Source of the DNA: a virus
Lineage: Duplodnaviria > Caudoviricetes
IMG/VR virus record: IMGVR_UViG_3300046167_000088
Coordinates: 1-57,238 of that record
Strand: one strand, 5' to 3'
Length of the DNA: 57,238 bases
Part shown: piece by piece, positions 8,218 through 18,341 of the stretch
Position numbering within the stretch: position 1 is the stretch's first letter
How the letters are laid out: every line of letters starts with the position of its first letter
The notes under the pieces: generated by a model
The model's database searches: none
What the model saw: the letters and a program-made list of their open reading frames with translations, nothing else
Told to the model about the DNA's origin: nothing
Made by a program: the position numbers and the translations under genes

Positions 8218-8372
8218 AGGATTACATACCAACGCAGATGGAACGAGAACTAATGAACTTAGGTGTAATAACAATCCAAGAGAAGCCAAAGGCGATGGGC
8301 TTTAAAGAAAGTAGAGCCGAAGTTAAGGCTTGGCATGATACACTTATAGTTGATGGCGAGGTAATGTTTTAA
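8214..8372 (+). CDS. Hypothetical protein (52 aa)
   Basis: AAGGAG RBS; coupled to both neighbours; not in the ORF track. Confidence 0.6.
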   Translation: MKDYIPTQMERELMNLGVITIQEKPKAMGFKESRAEVKAWHDTLIVDGEVMF

Positions 8373-8611
8373 TGTATAGTGTAGAGATGGAAGAGAATTG
8401 TTCTATAATTACTACACTTGATGAAGATGATGCGTATGAAGATGTAAAAGTTACTATAGCCAATGATGGCACAGTTTATATGCAACAGTTTAATGAGGGC
8501 ATATCTAGAGAGGATATGATCTATATGTCTTACAATCAACTTAAGGACATATTGAATGCGATACATTCGCCAGAGGGTTGTTACTACGTAATAGAGAAGG
8601 TTACACTATGA
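8372..8611 (+). CDS. Hypothetical acidic protein
   Basis: TAATG and ATGA coupling. Confidence 0.7.
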   Translation: MYSVEMEENCSIITTLDEDDAYEDVKVTIANDGTVYMQQFNEGISREDMIYMSYNQLKDILNAIHSPEGCYYVIEKVTL

Positions 8612-9834
8612 TTGAATTAGCACTTATAAAGACGCTACTAAACAGAGAATTCTATGATCAGCACAAGGGTATAAGATGTCCTGATAAGATATTCACTAAA
8701 GATATACGCAAGATCAAACAAACACTTGATGCAGCAATGAAGGATTATGAGGGTAATCTTAACCCATCAGACTTAGAAGCTTTGTTCTATGCACAAAACC
8801 AAACAATGACTACAGCTACTAAGACTGCATACGGTGATCTGTTTAGAAAGTTAAATAAAGAAGAAACAATTAAAGAAGAAATAGCTGATAATGTTTTAGG
8901 TAAACTATTCCAACAGTATGTAGGTGAGAAGGTTGCCAACTTAGGGTTTGACTTTGTTAATGGTAGTGAGGAAAGCCTTGAGCCACTACGCAGATTGTTA
9001 GATGATTTTAAGGATGACTTCACGCCTAACATTAAAATAGAATGGGAAGATATAACCATTGATACTCTACTTAAAGCTAATGACCTGGCTACTCAGTGGA
9101 AGTTTAACATACCAAGCTTAAGACGTAAGGTTGAGGGTGTATCAGGTGGTCACTTGCTACTTGTAGGAGCTAGACCTAACACTGGTAAAACATCCTTTCA
9201 TGCCTCACTCATAGCAGGTCCTGACGGTTGGGCATCTCAGGGTGCTAGATGTGTAGTCTTATGTAATGAGGAAGCATACGAGCGTGTAGGTGCAAGATAC
9301 CTTAGTGCTGCAACCAATATGACAATGGAAGAAGTGAAGGGTAATGTAGCTCTAGCACGTAGTCGCTACGAGCCAGTACGCAAGAACATTCGTATCAAGG
9401 ATAGCACCAACAAAGATTTGCAGTGGGTTGAGTCCCTAGTCAAACAAGAGAAACCTGACATTCTTATATTAGACATGGGAGATAAGTTTGCTACAAAGAA
9501 CAGCGATAAGTCCGATGTGTACCTAAAAGATGCCGCTATCTATGCTCGTAACATAGCCAAGCAATATAACTGTTGTGTTGTATGGATGTCACAGTTGAGT
9601 GCTGTAGCTGAAGGTAAGGTATATGTAGATCAATCTATGATGGAAGGCAGTAAGACAGGCAAGGCAGCGGAAGCTGATTTGATGCTGTTGATAAGTAAGA
9701 ACCCTATAGTTGAGGGTGCTGATGAAGAGGATACTCAGCGACACTTAAACATAGCTAAGAACAAACTTAAGGGTGGATGGCATGGGGTTGTCCACTGTGA
9801 ATTAGATGGTGGTAGATCGCTATACACCGCATAG
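8608..9834 (+). CDS. DnaB-like (SF4) replicative helicase
   Basis: GARPNTGKT Walker A; LILD; SQL; AKNK. Confidence 0.9.
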   Translation: MIELALIKTLLNREFYDQHKGIRCPDKIFTKDIRKIKQTLDAAMKDYEGNLNPSDLEALFYAQNQTMTTATKTAYGDLFRKLNKEETIKEEIADNVLGKLFQQYVGEKVANLGFDFVNGSEESLEPLRRLLDDFKDDFTPNIKIEWEDITIDTLLKANDLATQWKFNIPSLRRKVEGVSGGHLLLVGARPNTGKTSFHASLIAGPDGWASQGARCVVLCNEEAYERVGARYLSAATNMTMEEVKGNVALARSRYEPVRKNIRIKDSTNKDLQWVESLVKQEKPDILILDMGDKFATKNSDKSDVYLKDAAIYARNIAKQYNCCVVWMSQLSAVAEGKVYVDQSMMEGSKTGKAAEADLMLLISKNPIVEGADEEDTQRHLNIAKNKLKGGWHGVVHCELDGGRSLYTA

Positions 9835-9842
9835 GAGAGAGA

Positions 9843-11891
9843 ATGAGAATAGTATTAGATGTAGAGAACACAACACAAAGACGAAACAATAAGTGGCATC
9901 TAGATCCATATGAGCAGGGAAACTTTCTTGTGCAGGTTGGTATGCAGAATGCAGACGCACCTCATGAGACACACATTGTTAACATAGACCATGAAGAAAA
10001 GAAGGATACGAGTGGCGCTGGGCGTAAGTTAATCCAGGATGTACTGGACCTTACAAAGCTTTTAATCATGCACAATGCACAACACGATATGATGTGGCTG
10101 TGGGAGTGTGGCTTCAAGTATGATGGAGCTATCTATGATACAATGTTAGCGGAGTATATACTGTTGAGAGGCCAGAAGTTACCACTTAGTCTTGACGGAT
10201 GCGCCCAACGCAGAAATCTAGAGATGCAGAAGCAAGACACACTAAAGAATTACTTTAAAGAAGGGTACAATACAAATGAAATACCGTTGGATGAACTTAG
10301 CTTTTATCTTAGGGGTGATCTCGACACCACTCGTGAGTTGTTCCATGCAATCGAAGCAGACTACGCCGAGCCTGAGTCCAAGACCTTGCATACAATCAGA
10401 GACGTTACCTTTAGAACCTGTCAAACCCTCACCCGAATGTACATGTCAGGAATCAGGGTGGATAGATCTGCCCTTGACCAAGTGAGATCAGAGTTTGAAC
10501 AAGAGAAAGCAGAGATAGAAGACAGGCTACAGCAACAGGTACGTAACATCATGGGTGATACACCTATAAACCTTAACTCTCCAGAGCAAATGTCTCAGGT
10601 TGTATTCTCCTGTAAGCCTAACAACAAGAAAGAATGGGTAGACCTGTTTGACCATACGTATAACAAGAAAGAGTTTAGGGCAGCAGTAGAAGCTAACAGT
10701 ACTATTATACGTAGAACTAAGGCATTTACGTGTCCAACCTGTCAGGGTGAAGGCAAGGTATATCGTATTAAGAAGGATGGTACAAAGTTCGCCAGGCCTA
10801 ACAAGTGTAAAGACTGTGATGCTAGAGGATATCAGCTTAAACCACTAAATCACTTAGCAGGACTACGCTTTGCTGCGCCCAGTAAGAAGTGGGTTAGCGC
10901 CAATGGTTTCAGCACTGGTAAGGATAACTTAGATGTATTGATTGGTACAGCCAAGACTAAGAAGATGGATGAAGCTGTAGCATTCCTGACAGACTTGAAG
11001 CGTTTGTCTGCTGTTAGTAGCTACCTGAGTGCATTCGTTGAGGGTATTGACACCTTCACTAAGTCTGATGGCTTTCTACATGTAGGTTTAACTCAACACA
11101 TAACAGCTACTGGACGTTTCAGTGGACGTAACCCTAACATGCAGAACATGCCCAGAGGCGGTACATTCCCTGTTAAGAAGGTGTTTGTATCTCGATGGAA
11201 GGGTGGTCACATTCTAGAGGCAGACTTTGCTCAGCTTGAGTTTAGAGTTGCTGCATTCCTAGCACAAGATCCTGTTGCCATAGAAGAGATAGCTACAGGG
11301 TTTGATGTACATAGTTATACTGCTAAAGTTATTACAGATGCAGGACAACCAACGTCTCGCCAGGATGCAAAGGCACACACATTTGCCCCTTTATTTGGAG
11401 CTACTGGATATGGTAGGAGTAAGGCTGAAGAGGCATACTACATACACTTTAACGAGAAGTATGAGGGTGTAGCTGCATGGCACAAAGAGTTAGGCGATGA
11501 GGCTGTACGATTTAATAAGATAACTAATAAGTCAGGGCGACAGTATGCTTTCCCTGATGTTAAGCGCAATGCAAGAGGTGGGGTATCACACTTTACTATG
11601 ATTAAGAACTATCCAGTACAAGGGTTTGCTACTGGTGATGTTGTACCTGTTGTGTTGATTGAAATGGAAGAGAGGATGAAGCATCTAAAATCTTGTTTAG
11701 TTAATACTGTACATGATTCAAGTGTGGCAGATGTGCATCCAGAGGAGAAAGATGAGGTATTACAGATAATTGAAGATATGAACGATGATTTAACCAACCT
11801 GATAGAGAAATCTTATGGCGTTAAAATGAATGTACCACTGCTATTAGAATCTAAAATAGGTCCGAATTGGCTTGACGTACAGGACGTTTGA
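9843..11891 (+). CDS. polA: Family A DNA polymerase with 3'-5' exonuclease and DnaJ-like zinc-finger insertion
   Basis: LDVE, HNAQHD, TATGRFS, DFAQLE, AK...F, VHDS; CPTCQGEG and CKDCDARG. Confidence 0.95.
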   Translation: MRIVLDVENTTQRRNNKWHLDPYEQGNFLVQVGMQNADAPHETHIVNIDHEEKKDTSGAGRKLIQDVLDLTKLLIMHNAQHDMMWLWECGFKYDGAIYDTMLAEYILLRGQKLPLSLDGCAQRRNLEMQKQDTLKNYFKEGYNTNEIPLDELSFYLRGDLDTTRELFHAIEADYAEPESKTLHTIRDVTFRTCQTLTRMYMSGIRVDRSALDQVRSEFEQEKAEIEDRLQQQVRNIMGDTPINLNSPEQMSQVVFSCKPNNKKEWVDLFDHTYNKKEFRAAVEANSTIIRRTKAFTCPTCQGEGKVYRIKKDGTKFARPNKCKDCDARGYQLKPLNHLAGLRFAAPSKKWVSANGFSTGKDNLDVLIGTAKTKKMDEAVAFLTDLKRLSAVSSYLSAFVEGIDTFTKSDGFLHVGLTQHITATGRFSGRNPNMQNMPRGGTFPVKKVFVSRWKGGHILEADFAQLEFRVAAFLAQDPVAIEEIATGFDVHSYTAKVITDAGQPTSRQDAKAHTFAPLFGATGYGRSKAEEAYYIHFNEKYEGVAAWHKELGDEAVRFNKITNKSGRQYAFPDVKRNARGGVSHFTMIKNYPVQGFATGDVVPVVLIEMEERMKHLKSCLVNTVHDSSVADVHPEEKDEVLQIIEDMNDDLTNLIEKSYGVKMNVPLLLESKIGPNWLDVQDV

Positions 11892-11900
11892 CGGTATAAC
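11872..11900 (+). promoter_or_regulatory. Sigma70-like promoter for the SSB/nuclease/RNR operon
   Basis: TTGACG-N17-TATAAC. Confidence 0.6.
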
Positions 11901-11935
11901 TGAGTCTCTTTAACACAAATCTCATGAGGTAAATA

Positions 11936-12799
11936 ATGAGTACAGAAATATCAATAACTGGCATGGATAATGCCTCTATGGCTGCACTGATGGGTGTATC
12001 CGCAGAAACTAAACAATCAGCATCTTCTCTTGCACGTATCAACGTTGTAAGTACAGCCCTCAAGGGTGAAATGGAGCTTGCTGGTAAGAAGATCAAGACA
12101 GATGTAGTACCTGTAGGTGCATACAAGATTACGCAGGGTGACGATGTGTTCTACTCAGAACAGATAAGCATTCGTGTATTCGCCCAGCGCCAACAATGGC
12201 AACGTTGGAATGCATCAACTAACGAGATGGAGAAGTCTGTTATGACTACTTCATTGAATGGGGATCTACAGGATAGCGTAGGTGGGTTTAACTTAGGTAG
12301 ACCATCTGGTTATGTTGAGGATTGGAATGCCTTACCTGAAGCAACCAAGGATCTCATGCGTACTGTTAAGCGTGTGAAGATCTTTATGGGTCTACTCACT
12401 GTCAAAGCCCCTATAGATGAAAGAGGTGAGCCTATCTCTAAAGAGTATGTAGACTTACCCTTCGTTATGGATGTAAAGAACCGTGACAGTCTTAAGAACT
12501 TAGATGGTGCTTTAAAGACAGTACAGAGAGCTAATCTCTTACCTATCATGTCTACGCTAGAATTAGCAGGACAAGAGGGTTCAATCCCTACAGGTGCTAC
12601 GTTTGGCTACATCACTGCTAAGGCAGGAGACAAGGTAGAACTTACTGAGGCTGACAACCAAACGCTCAAGGACTTCTTAGGCTTCATTGAGTATGGCAAC
12701 GGTAAGATCCTAGACTTATACAATGAACGCTCTGACAAGGGTATGAGTGCAGCAGACGCTGAGCTTGTTGGTTCTATTGTAGATGTGGATGCTGACTAA
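11936..12799 (+). CDS. Probable single-stranded DNA-binding protein
   Basis: Follows PolA; acidic C-terminus; typical size and position. Confidence 0.55.
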   Translation: MSTEISITGMDNASMAALMGVSAETKQSASSLARINVVSTALKGEMELAGKKIKTDVVPVGAYKITQGDDVFYSEQISIRVFAQRQQWQRWNASTNEMEKSVMTTSLNGDLQDSVGGFNLGRPSGYVEDWNALPEATKDLMRTVKRVKIFMGLLTVKAPIDERGEPISKEYVDLPFVMDVKNRDSLKNLDGALKTVQRANLLPIMSTLELAGQEGSIPTGATFGYITAKAGDKVELTEADNQTLKDFLGFIEYGNGKILDLYNERSDKGMSAADAELVGSIVDVDAD

Positions 12800-13662
12800 T
12801 GAATCATCCTGCAGAATTAGCTATGGTATCATTCCTACAAAAGGCTATGGCAGGTGAGACTACTATGACTGAAGAGGTGGCTAATAAAGTCGCCTCTGAC
12901 GTTAAGGATGCTTTGTTTAAGCAGTTCGACAGTGGTCCTCGTGATGATTTTCGCTTGCGTATGTCTAACATTGGTAAGCCACGTTGTCAGCTATGGTTTG
13001 AGAAGAATGACGCTAAAGATAAAACACCCTTCCCACCACACTTCCTGATGAACATGATATTAGGGGATATAGTTGAAGCTGTATTCAAGGGTATCATGAG
13101 AGCAGCAAAAGTGGACTTCAAGGATAACGATTATGTTACTCTTAAGTTGCCTAATGGTGTGGAGATTAAAGGTGAATACGATATGGAGCTAGACGGTAAG
13201 ATTGACGATGTAAAGTCAGCCTCACCTTGGTCATATCAGAACAAGTTTGCATCCTTTGATGCCTTAGCTACAGGAGATAGTTTTGGCTATATCCCACAGC
13301 TTGTAGGTTACGCAGAGGGCGCAGGTAAAGAAGTTGGTGGTTGGTGGGTAGTCAACAAGGCTAACGGCGAATTTAAGTATGTCTCTGCAGATGGTGTAGA
13401 CAAACAGGCAGTACTTGATGATATCGAAGACCTAACAGAGTACATCAACAATGATGAACCTTTTGAGCGTGAATTTGCGCCTATCGAAGAAACGTTCTAT
13501 CGCAAGAAGACAGGTAACACTAAGCTAGGATCTACATGTGGTTTCTGCGCTTTTAAACACAAGTGTTGGCCTACCTTACAAACATTACCTTCACCCAATT
13601 CGAAGGCTAAGAACCCACCAATGGTTGACTACATAACTTTAAAGGAAGAAGAGAATGCCTAA
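12799..13662 (+). CDS. PD-(D/E)XK (Cas4/RecB-like) exonuclease
   Basis: RMSNIG..C, GEYD...DDVKS, QL..Y, CGFC..K..C. Confidence 0.85.
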   Translation: MNHPAELAMVSFLQKAMAGETTMTEEVANKVASDVKDALFKQFDSGPRDDFRLRMSNIGKPRCQLWFEKNDAKDKTPFPPHFLMNMILGDIVEAVFKGIMRAAKVDFKDNDYVTLKLPNGVEIKGEYDMELDGKIDDVKSASPWSYQNKFASFDALATGDSFGYIPQLVGYAEGAGKEVGGWWVVNKANGEFKYVSADGVDKQAVLDDIEDLTEYINNDEPFEREFAPIEETFYRKKTGNTKLGSTCGFCAFKHKCWPTLQTLPSPNSKAKNPPMVDYITLKEEENA

Positions 13663-13867
13663 ACTAACTATTAATGACATCAAATATGATACAGATGATT
13701 TTAATGAAGAGCAGATAGCTATGTATAATGAAGTTATGGTTGCTAAAGCTGAAATGAATAGGTGTGAATATGTATTTAAGGTACTTGAAGCACGCTGTAA
13801 TCAGTTAGCAACTATGATTGAAACAGCTTCCAAGCAAGAGGAAGAAAAAGAAGCTACTGATGGCTAA
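13655..13867 (+). CDS. Small coiled-coil protein
   Basis: Overlaps both neighbours. Confidence 0.7.
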   Translation: MPKLTINDIKYDTDDFNEEQIAMYNEVMVAKAEMNRCEYVFKVLEARCNQLATMIETASKQEEEKEATDG

Positions 13868-14309
13868 AAGAACTACAGCTAGATACCACAACTCTAGGCG
13901 TTATCGCAGTGGTCTTGAGAAACAGGCCGCTGCATTCCTAACAGAACGGCAGAAGGTAGTTAAGTATGAGCTACTAAAGATAGAGTGGGAAGATCTAAGA
14001 TATAGAACTTACACACCTGACTTTGAGTTAGATAATGGTATCATAATTGAGACAAAAGGTATCCTCGATAATGATGATAAACGTAAGCACTTAGCCATAC
14101 AGAAACAACACCCAGAGTTAGATATCAGGTTTGTATTTAGTAATGCTAATGCCAAGTTATACAAGGGTGCTAAGAGTAGATACTGTGATTGGTGTGATAA
14201 GAATAATTTTCTCTGGTCACACAGAATAATACCCGAAGAATGGTTGACAGAAAAGGGTACAAGATCTAAAAAAGATAAGATAGTACTCAAAACAAAAAGG
14301 AAAGATTAA
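13860..14309 (+). CDS. T7 endonuclease I-like Holliday junction resolvase
   Basis: YRSGLE, YTPDF, IETKG, DIRFVF. Confidence 0.9.
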   Translation: MAKRTTARYHNSRRYRSGLEKQAAAFLTERQKVVKYELLKIEWEDLRYRTYTPDFELDNGIIIETKGILDNDDKRKHLAIQKQHPELDIRFVFSNANAKLYKGAKSRYCDWCDKNNFLWSHRIIPEEWLTEKGTRSKKDKIVLKTKRKD

Positions 14310-14647
14310 TGGTGTTTCAGTTAGACGATGATGAAGTAGCTCTAGTTATCAAACCTTTGTATGAAGATAATGGTGAGTGGGAAGGTGATGTAGCTACTGG
14401 TGTGGCTATGAATGAATCAATCTCTCTAGACTTAAACATACAGCGTGGTATGGTGAATATCATTACTCTTATGACATCATTTCTATCTTACTCAGATGAT
14501 AAGGAAGAGCTTGTAGATGAAGTAATTAAGTGGCGTGAAAAGCTATTCGCTGAATTAGATGATTCCCCATTTGCAGAGTATGAAACAGAAGAAAACAGTA
14601 ACGTAATAAAATTGACTAAGTTTACTAAGACAAAGGGTAATGCATAA
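14309..14647 (+). CDS. Hypothetical protein
   Basis: TAATG coupling. Confidence 0.8.
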   Translation: MVFQLDDDEVALVIKPLYEDNGEWEGDVATGVAMNESISLDLNIQRGMVNIITLMTSFLSYSDDKEELVDEVIKWREKLFAELDDSPFAEYETEENSNVIKLTKFTKTKGNA

Positions 14648-14913
14648 TGGCTAAATGGAATCTAGAGAAGCAGCAGGAAGATCAAGGGTTCGACCCTGTA
14701 AACAAACCTGCACACTACAACCAAGAAGGTATTGAGTGTATAGACTACATCAAACAAGTTGTAGGCCTGGATGGTTTCATTGCTTATTGTCATGGCAACA
14801 TGATTAAATATCAACATAGATACCGCTACAAGGGTAATGGTGTTGAGGATATGAAGAAGGCAGAGTGGTATCTGTCCAGAATGAATAAGGCTCTAGCGGA
14901 GAAACACAAATGA
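14647..14913 (+). CDS. DUF3310 protein (T7 gp1.7-like)
   Basis: DPVN.P.HY...IECID...GN..KY..RY..K...ED..KA.WYL. Confidence 0.85.
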   Translation: MAKWNLEKQQEDQGFDPVNKPAHYNQEGIECIDYIKQVVGLDGFIAYCHGNMIKYQHRYRYKGNGVEDMKKAEWYLSRMNKALAEKHK

Positions 14914-15098
14914 GCGATAAGAATTTTGATGTAACTTTACAGGTAGTAGTCGGTAAGGGTAATAATATACTGTCTTCTCATGAAGAGTCACATCCAGATG
15001 ATGTAAAGGATTTAGTGTCAGATACATTCTATGATGTAGATGATGTTGAGGTAAGTAACATAATAGTTAAAGAGAGAGAGAAAAATGAACAGTCTTAG
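14910..15098 (+). CDS. Hypothetical protein
   Basis: GGAG RBS; overlaps neighbours. Confidence 0.7.
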   Translation: MSDKNFDVTLQVVVGKGNNILSSHEESHPDDVKDLVSDTFYDVDDVEVSNIIVKEREKNEQS

Positions 15099-15399
15099 AG
15101 AGTATCAAATTAAAGCAGTTAGCTTCGCTATATACCCTGCAACACACAAGGTTCTATACCCAACGTTGGGCTTGTGTGGCGAAGCAGGAGAGATAGCTGA
15201 GAAGGTTAAGAAGCAGGTACGTGATAATAACTTTAATAGGCATGAGGTAGCGAAGGAACTAGGAGATGTACTCTGGTATTTGGCAAATCTGGCCAACGAT
15301 ATTGGCTATAATCTAGATGAGATATCAAACATAAACATTGAGAAGCTTTCATCACGTAAGGAGCGAAACAAGATACAGGGATCAGGAGACAACAGATGA
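15085..15399 (+). CDS. mazG: MazG-like NTP pyrophosphohydrolase
   Basis: LGL.GEAGE..EKVKK...KELGDVLWY. Confidence 0.9.
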   Translation: MNSLREYQIKAVSFAIYPATHKVLYPTLGLCGEAGEIAEKVKKQVRDNNFNRHEVAKELGDVLWYLANLANDIGYNLDEISNINIEKLSSRKERNKIQGSGDNR

Positions 15400-17291
15400 A
15401 CAATCACTTACCAACAGACTACCAATCATTCATACATAAATCACGTTATGCTAAGTACTACGAGGGCGATGGGCGTGAATCGTGGGAGAATACCATTGAG
15501 AGGTACTCTGCTAATATAATACGAGACTTAGTTGATCAGAACACTAAGCATGAATTAGAACAAGCTATCTTAGGCTTAGAAGTGATGCCCAGTATGAGGT
15601 CGCTCATGACTGCAGGTAAGGCAGCAGACAGAGACAATACATGTATGTATAATTGTAGCTACTTAGCTGTTGATGATGTTAAAGCATTTGATGAAGCTAT
15701 GTTTATCCTACTGTGTGGTACTGGTGTAGGTTTTTCTGTAGAGCGTCAATCTATATCTAAGCTACCTGAAGTTCCGTTTCTCTGGAGCAGTGAAACAAAC
15801 ATTGTTGTAAAGGATAGCAAAGAAGGTTGGGCTAAAGCATTACGCCAGATGATTGCATTACTATACAGTGGAGAGATCCCTACGTGGGACGTTTCTAAGG
15901 TTAGACCTGCAGGAGCGCCACTTAAAACGTTTGGTGGTAGAGCGTCAGGACCTGCTCCGCTTGTAGATCTGTTTAACTTTGTAATTAAGACATTCAAGGA
16001 TGCACAAAACCGTAAGCTATCCTCACTAGAATGCCATGATATTATGTGTAAGATTGGTGAGGTAGTAGTTGTAGGTGGTGTACGTAGATCAGCTATGATA
16101 TCTTTGTCAAACTTATCAGATGATCGTATGCGACACGCTAAGTCAGGCTCATGGTGGGAACACGATCCACAACGTGCATTAGCTAACAACTCTGTGTCAT
16201 ACACTGAGAAGCCTGACAGTCTATCGTTTATGCGTGAGTGGATGGCTCTAGTTGAATCAGGATCAGGAGAGCGTGGTATCTTTAATCGTCAAGCATCTAA
16301 GGTACAAGCAGCAAAGAATGGAAGACGTAATTCTGACTATGACTTTGGGACTAACCCATGCAGCGAAATAATTTTAAGGCCGTCACAATTCTGTAATTTA
16401 ACAGAGGTAGTTGTTCGTGCAACAGACACACTGGACACCTTATCTGAAAAGGTAAGGCTTGCAACTATACTTGGTACGATACAGTCTAGCTTCACTAAGT
16501 TTCCATACTTACGTAAGATCTGGACTAAGAATACCGAAGAAGAAAGACTACTTGGTGTGTCCTTAACAGGCATTATGGATAACCCCTTAATGACCCTCAA
16601 AAACAAAGGATTGGAGAAGACTCTTGACCATCTTAAACAAATCGCCGTTACTACTAACGCTACTTGGGCTGAACGCCTTGATATCCCTGTCAGTGCTGCT
16701 ATCTGCTGTGTTAAACCAAGCGGTACTGTCAGCCAACTGGTTGACTCTAGCAGTGGGATTCATGCTCGTCACTCAGCCTATTATATTAGGACTGTTCGTG
16801 GAGACAACAAAGACCCGTTGACACAGTTCATGATGGATCAGGGTATACCTAATGAGCCAGACGTAATGAAGCCTGACCAGACTACAGTGTTTAGCTTCCC
16901 TATGAAAGCCCCAGAGGGTGCAACAGTTACTGCTGATATGTCTGCCATAGAGCAACTAGAGATGTGGTTAGCTTATCAGAGATCCTGGTGTGAACATAAG
17001 CCCAGCGTTACGATCAACGTTAAGAATGATGAATGGTTTGAAGTAGGAGCATTTGTATACAAACACTTTGATGAGATGTCTGGTGTATCATTCCTACCAT
17101 TCAATGAGCATACGTATCAGCAAGCACCCTACCAAGAGTGTGATGAATCAGCATACCATAAGATGTTAGGAGTTATGCCAACTAATATTGATTGGTCACT
17201 ACTCTCTGAGTATGAGAGTGAAGATAATACATCAGGTAGTCAGACACTAGCTTGCTCTGGAGACGCTTGTGAAATTGTAGACTTAACATAA
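15396..17291 (+). CDS. nrdJ: Class II (adenosylcobalamin) ribonucleotide reductase
   Basis: PSMR, YNC, TNPCSEI, CNL, VKPSGTVS and C-terminal CSGDAC; no beta subunit present. Confidence 0.9.
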   Translation: MNNHLPTDYQSFIHKSRYAKYYEGDGRESWENTIERYSANIIRDLVDQNTKHELEQAILGLEVMPSMRSLMTAGKAADRDNTCMYNCSYLAVDDVKAFDEAMFILLCGTGVGFSVERQSISKLPEVPFLWSSETNIVVKDSKEGWAKALRQMIALLYSGEIPTWDVSKVRPAGAPLKTFGGRASGPAPLVDLFNFVIKTFKDAQNRKLSSLECHDIMCKIGEVVVVGGVRRSAMISLSNLSDDRMRHAKSGSWWEHDPQRALANNSVSYTEKPDSLSFMREWMALVESGSGERGIFNRQASKVQAAKNGRRNSDYDFGTNPCSEIILRPSQFCNLTEVVVRATDTLDTLSEKVRLATILGTIQSSFTKFPYLRKIWTKNTEEERLLGVSLTGIMDNPLMTLKNKGLEKTLDHLKQIAVTTNATWAERLDIPVSAAICCVKPSGTVSQLVDSSSGIHARHSAYYIRTVRGDNKDPLTQFMMDQGIPNEPDVMKPDQTTVFSFPMKAPEGATVTADMSAIEQLEMWLAYQRSWCEHKPSVTINVKNDEWFEVGAFVYKHFDEMSGVSFLPFNEHTYQQAPYQECDESAYHKMLGVMPTNIDWSLLSEYESEDNTSGSQTLACSGDACEIVDLT

Positions 17292-17306
17292 ACAAAGGCA
17301 TCAGCA

Positions 17307-17654
17307 ATGAATATTTTAGTGGGATTAGCTTTAACAATACACATGGATACTGTAGGTGAGTATAACTCATACCATCCTCATGTAAGGTTTGAAGAAGGTC
17401 AATTCATTGCTGGTGCATACTACAATAGTGAAAGAGGTGTAAGCCCCTACATAGGTGCTAAACTCAGCAATGAGTTAGGTTACTTTGAGTATGGTATTGT
17501 GTCAGGCTATGAAGGACAGTCAGGTGCATTACCGTATGCAAGATTAGGTTTAACACTCAGCGAAACAGGGTCACTCTTTATTGCACCTGCATTTGAGAAG
17601 ATATACGGTGAGGTAACAACTGGAACTGTAATTGGATTTGAGATCTTATATTAA
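17307..17654 (+). CDS. Putative small outer-membrane beta-barrel protein
   Basis: Alternating Gly/aromatic strands, AGAYYNS...SPY.G, G.VSGY, aromatic C-terminus. Confidence 0.5.
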   Translation: MNILVGLALTIHMDTVGEYNSYHPHVRFEEGQFIAGAYYNSERGVSPYIGAKLSNELGYFEYGIVSGYEGQSGALPYARLGLTLSETGSLFIAPAFEKIYGEVTTGTVIGFEILY

Positions 17655-17664
17655 GGAAATAAAC

Positions 17665-17910
17665 ATGTATACTATCATAACTAGAGATAATTGTAGCTTC
17701 TGTGACATGGCTAAGATGATGCTAAGAGAGTCTAATATAGCTTACACAGAATACAATGTAGAGTCAGGTAGCTCTCAGTGGGTACTAACCCTTGTAAGGC
17801 AAGCAAAACACACATCAGTACCCCAGATCTTTGCTTCGGACGGTAGCCATATCGGTGGGTATGCAGAGTTAAAAAACTTTCTTGGTACTTTTGCTGAGGA
17901 TACTATCTAA
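17665..17910 (+). CDS. Glutaredoxin
   Basis: CSFC, SVPQIF, HIGGY. Confidence 0.9.
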   Translation: MYTIITRDNCSFCDMAKMMLRESNIAYTEYNVESGSSQWVLTLVRQAKHTSVPQIFASDGSHIGGYAELKNFLGTFAEDTI

Positions 17911-18341
17911 TGCAGTTAGATCTCTTTGAAGATAATGAACCCAATGAAGAAACAAAAGAAGACCGAATAAAATGTCCTACATGTAAAGAATATAAACCCG
18001 AAAGTGCATTTCCTAATCTGTCTAAAAATGTGATGATGGCAAAAAACCCTAGACGTGCAGGTTATCATAAACATTGTAAGTCTTGTATAAGTGAAACTCA
18101 AAAAGTGATAAATACACTAAAAAGAGAAAACAAATACCCTAAAGAACCTAGCTGTGAATGTTGTGGTATAAAACCTGAAAAGCATGACAAACTACAGTTA
18201 GATCACTGTCATACCACTGATAAATTTAGAGGGTGGCTTTGTAGATCCTGTAATCTAGGTTTAGGTCAATTAGGAGATAACCTTAAAGGCATAGAAAACG
18301 CACTAGCATACTTAAGGAAACATAATGAACGACAATCTTGA
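17910..18341 (+). CDS. Endonuclease VII-like nuclease
   Basis: CECCG...LDHCH...FRGWLC..CN..LG. Confidence 0.85.
   Translation: MQLDLFEDNEPNEETKEDRIKCPTCKEYKPESAFPNLSKNVMMAKNPRRAGYHKHCKSCISETQKVINTLKRENKYPKEPSCECCGIKPEKHDKLQLDHCHTTDKFRGWLCRSCNLGLGQLGDNLKGIENALAYLRKHNERQS

Noticed and set aside
12799-13662. Cas4-like nuclease as a CRISPR component
   Set aside because: It sits in the replication module as an ordinary phage exonuclease, and I saw no array
9843-17291. Inteins or introns in PolA, RNR or helicase
   Set aside because: Frames are continuous and of normal length, with no intein terminal motifs
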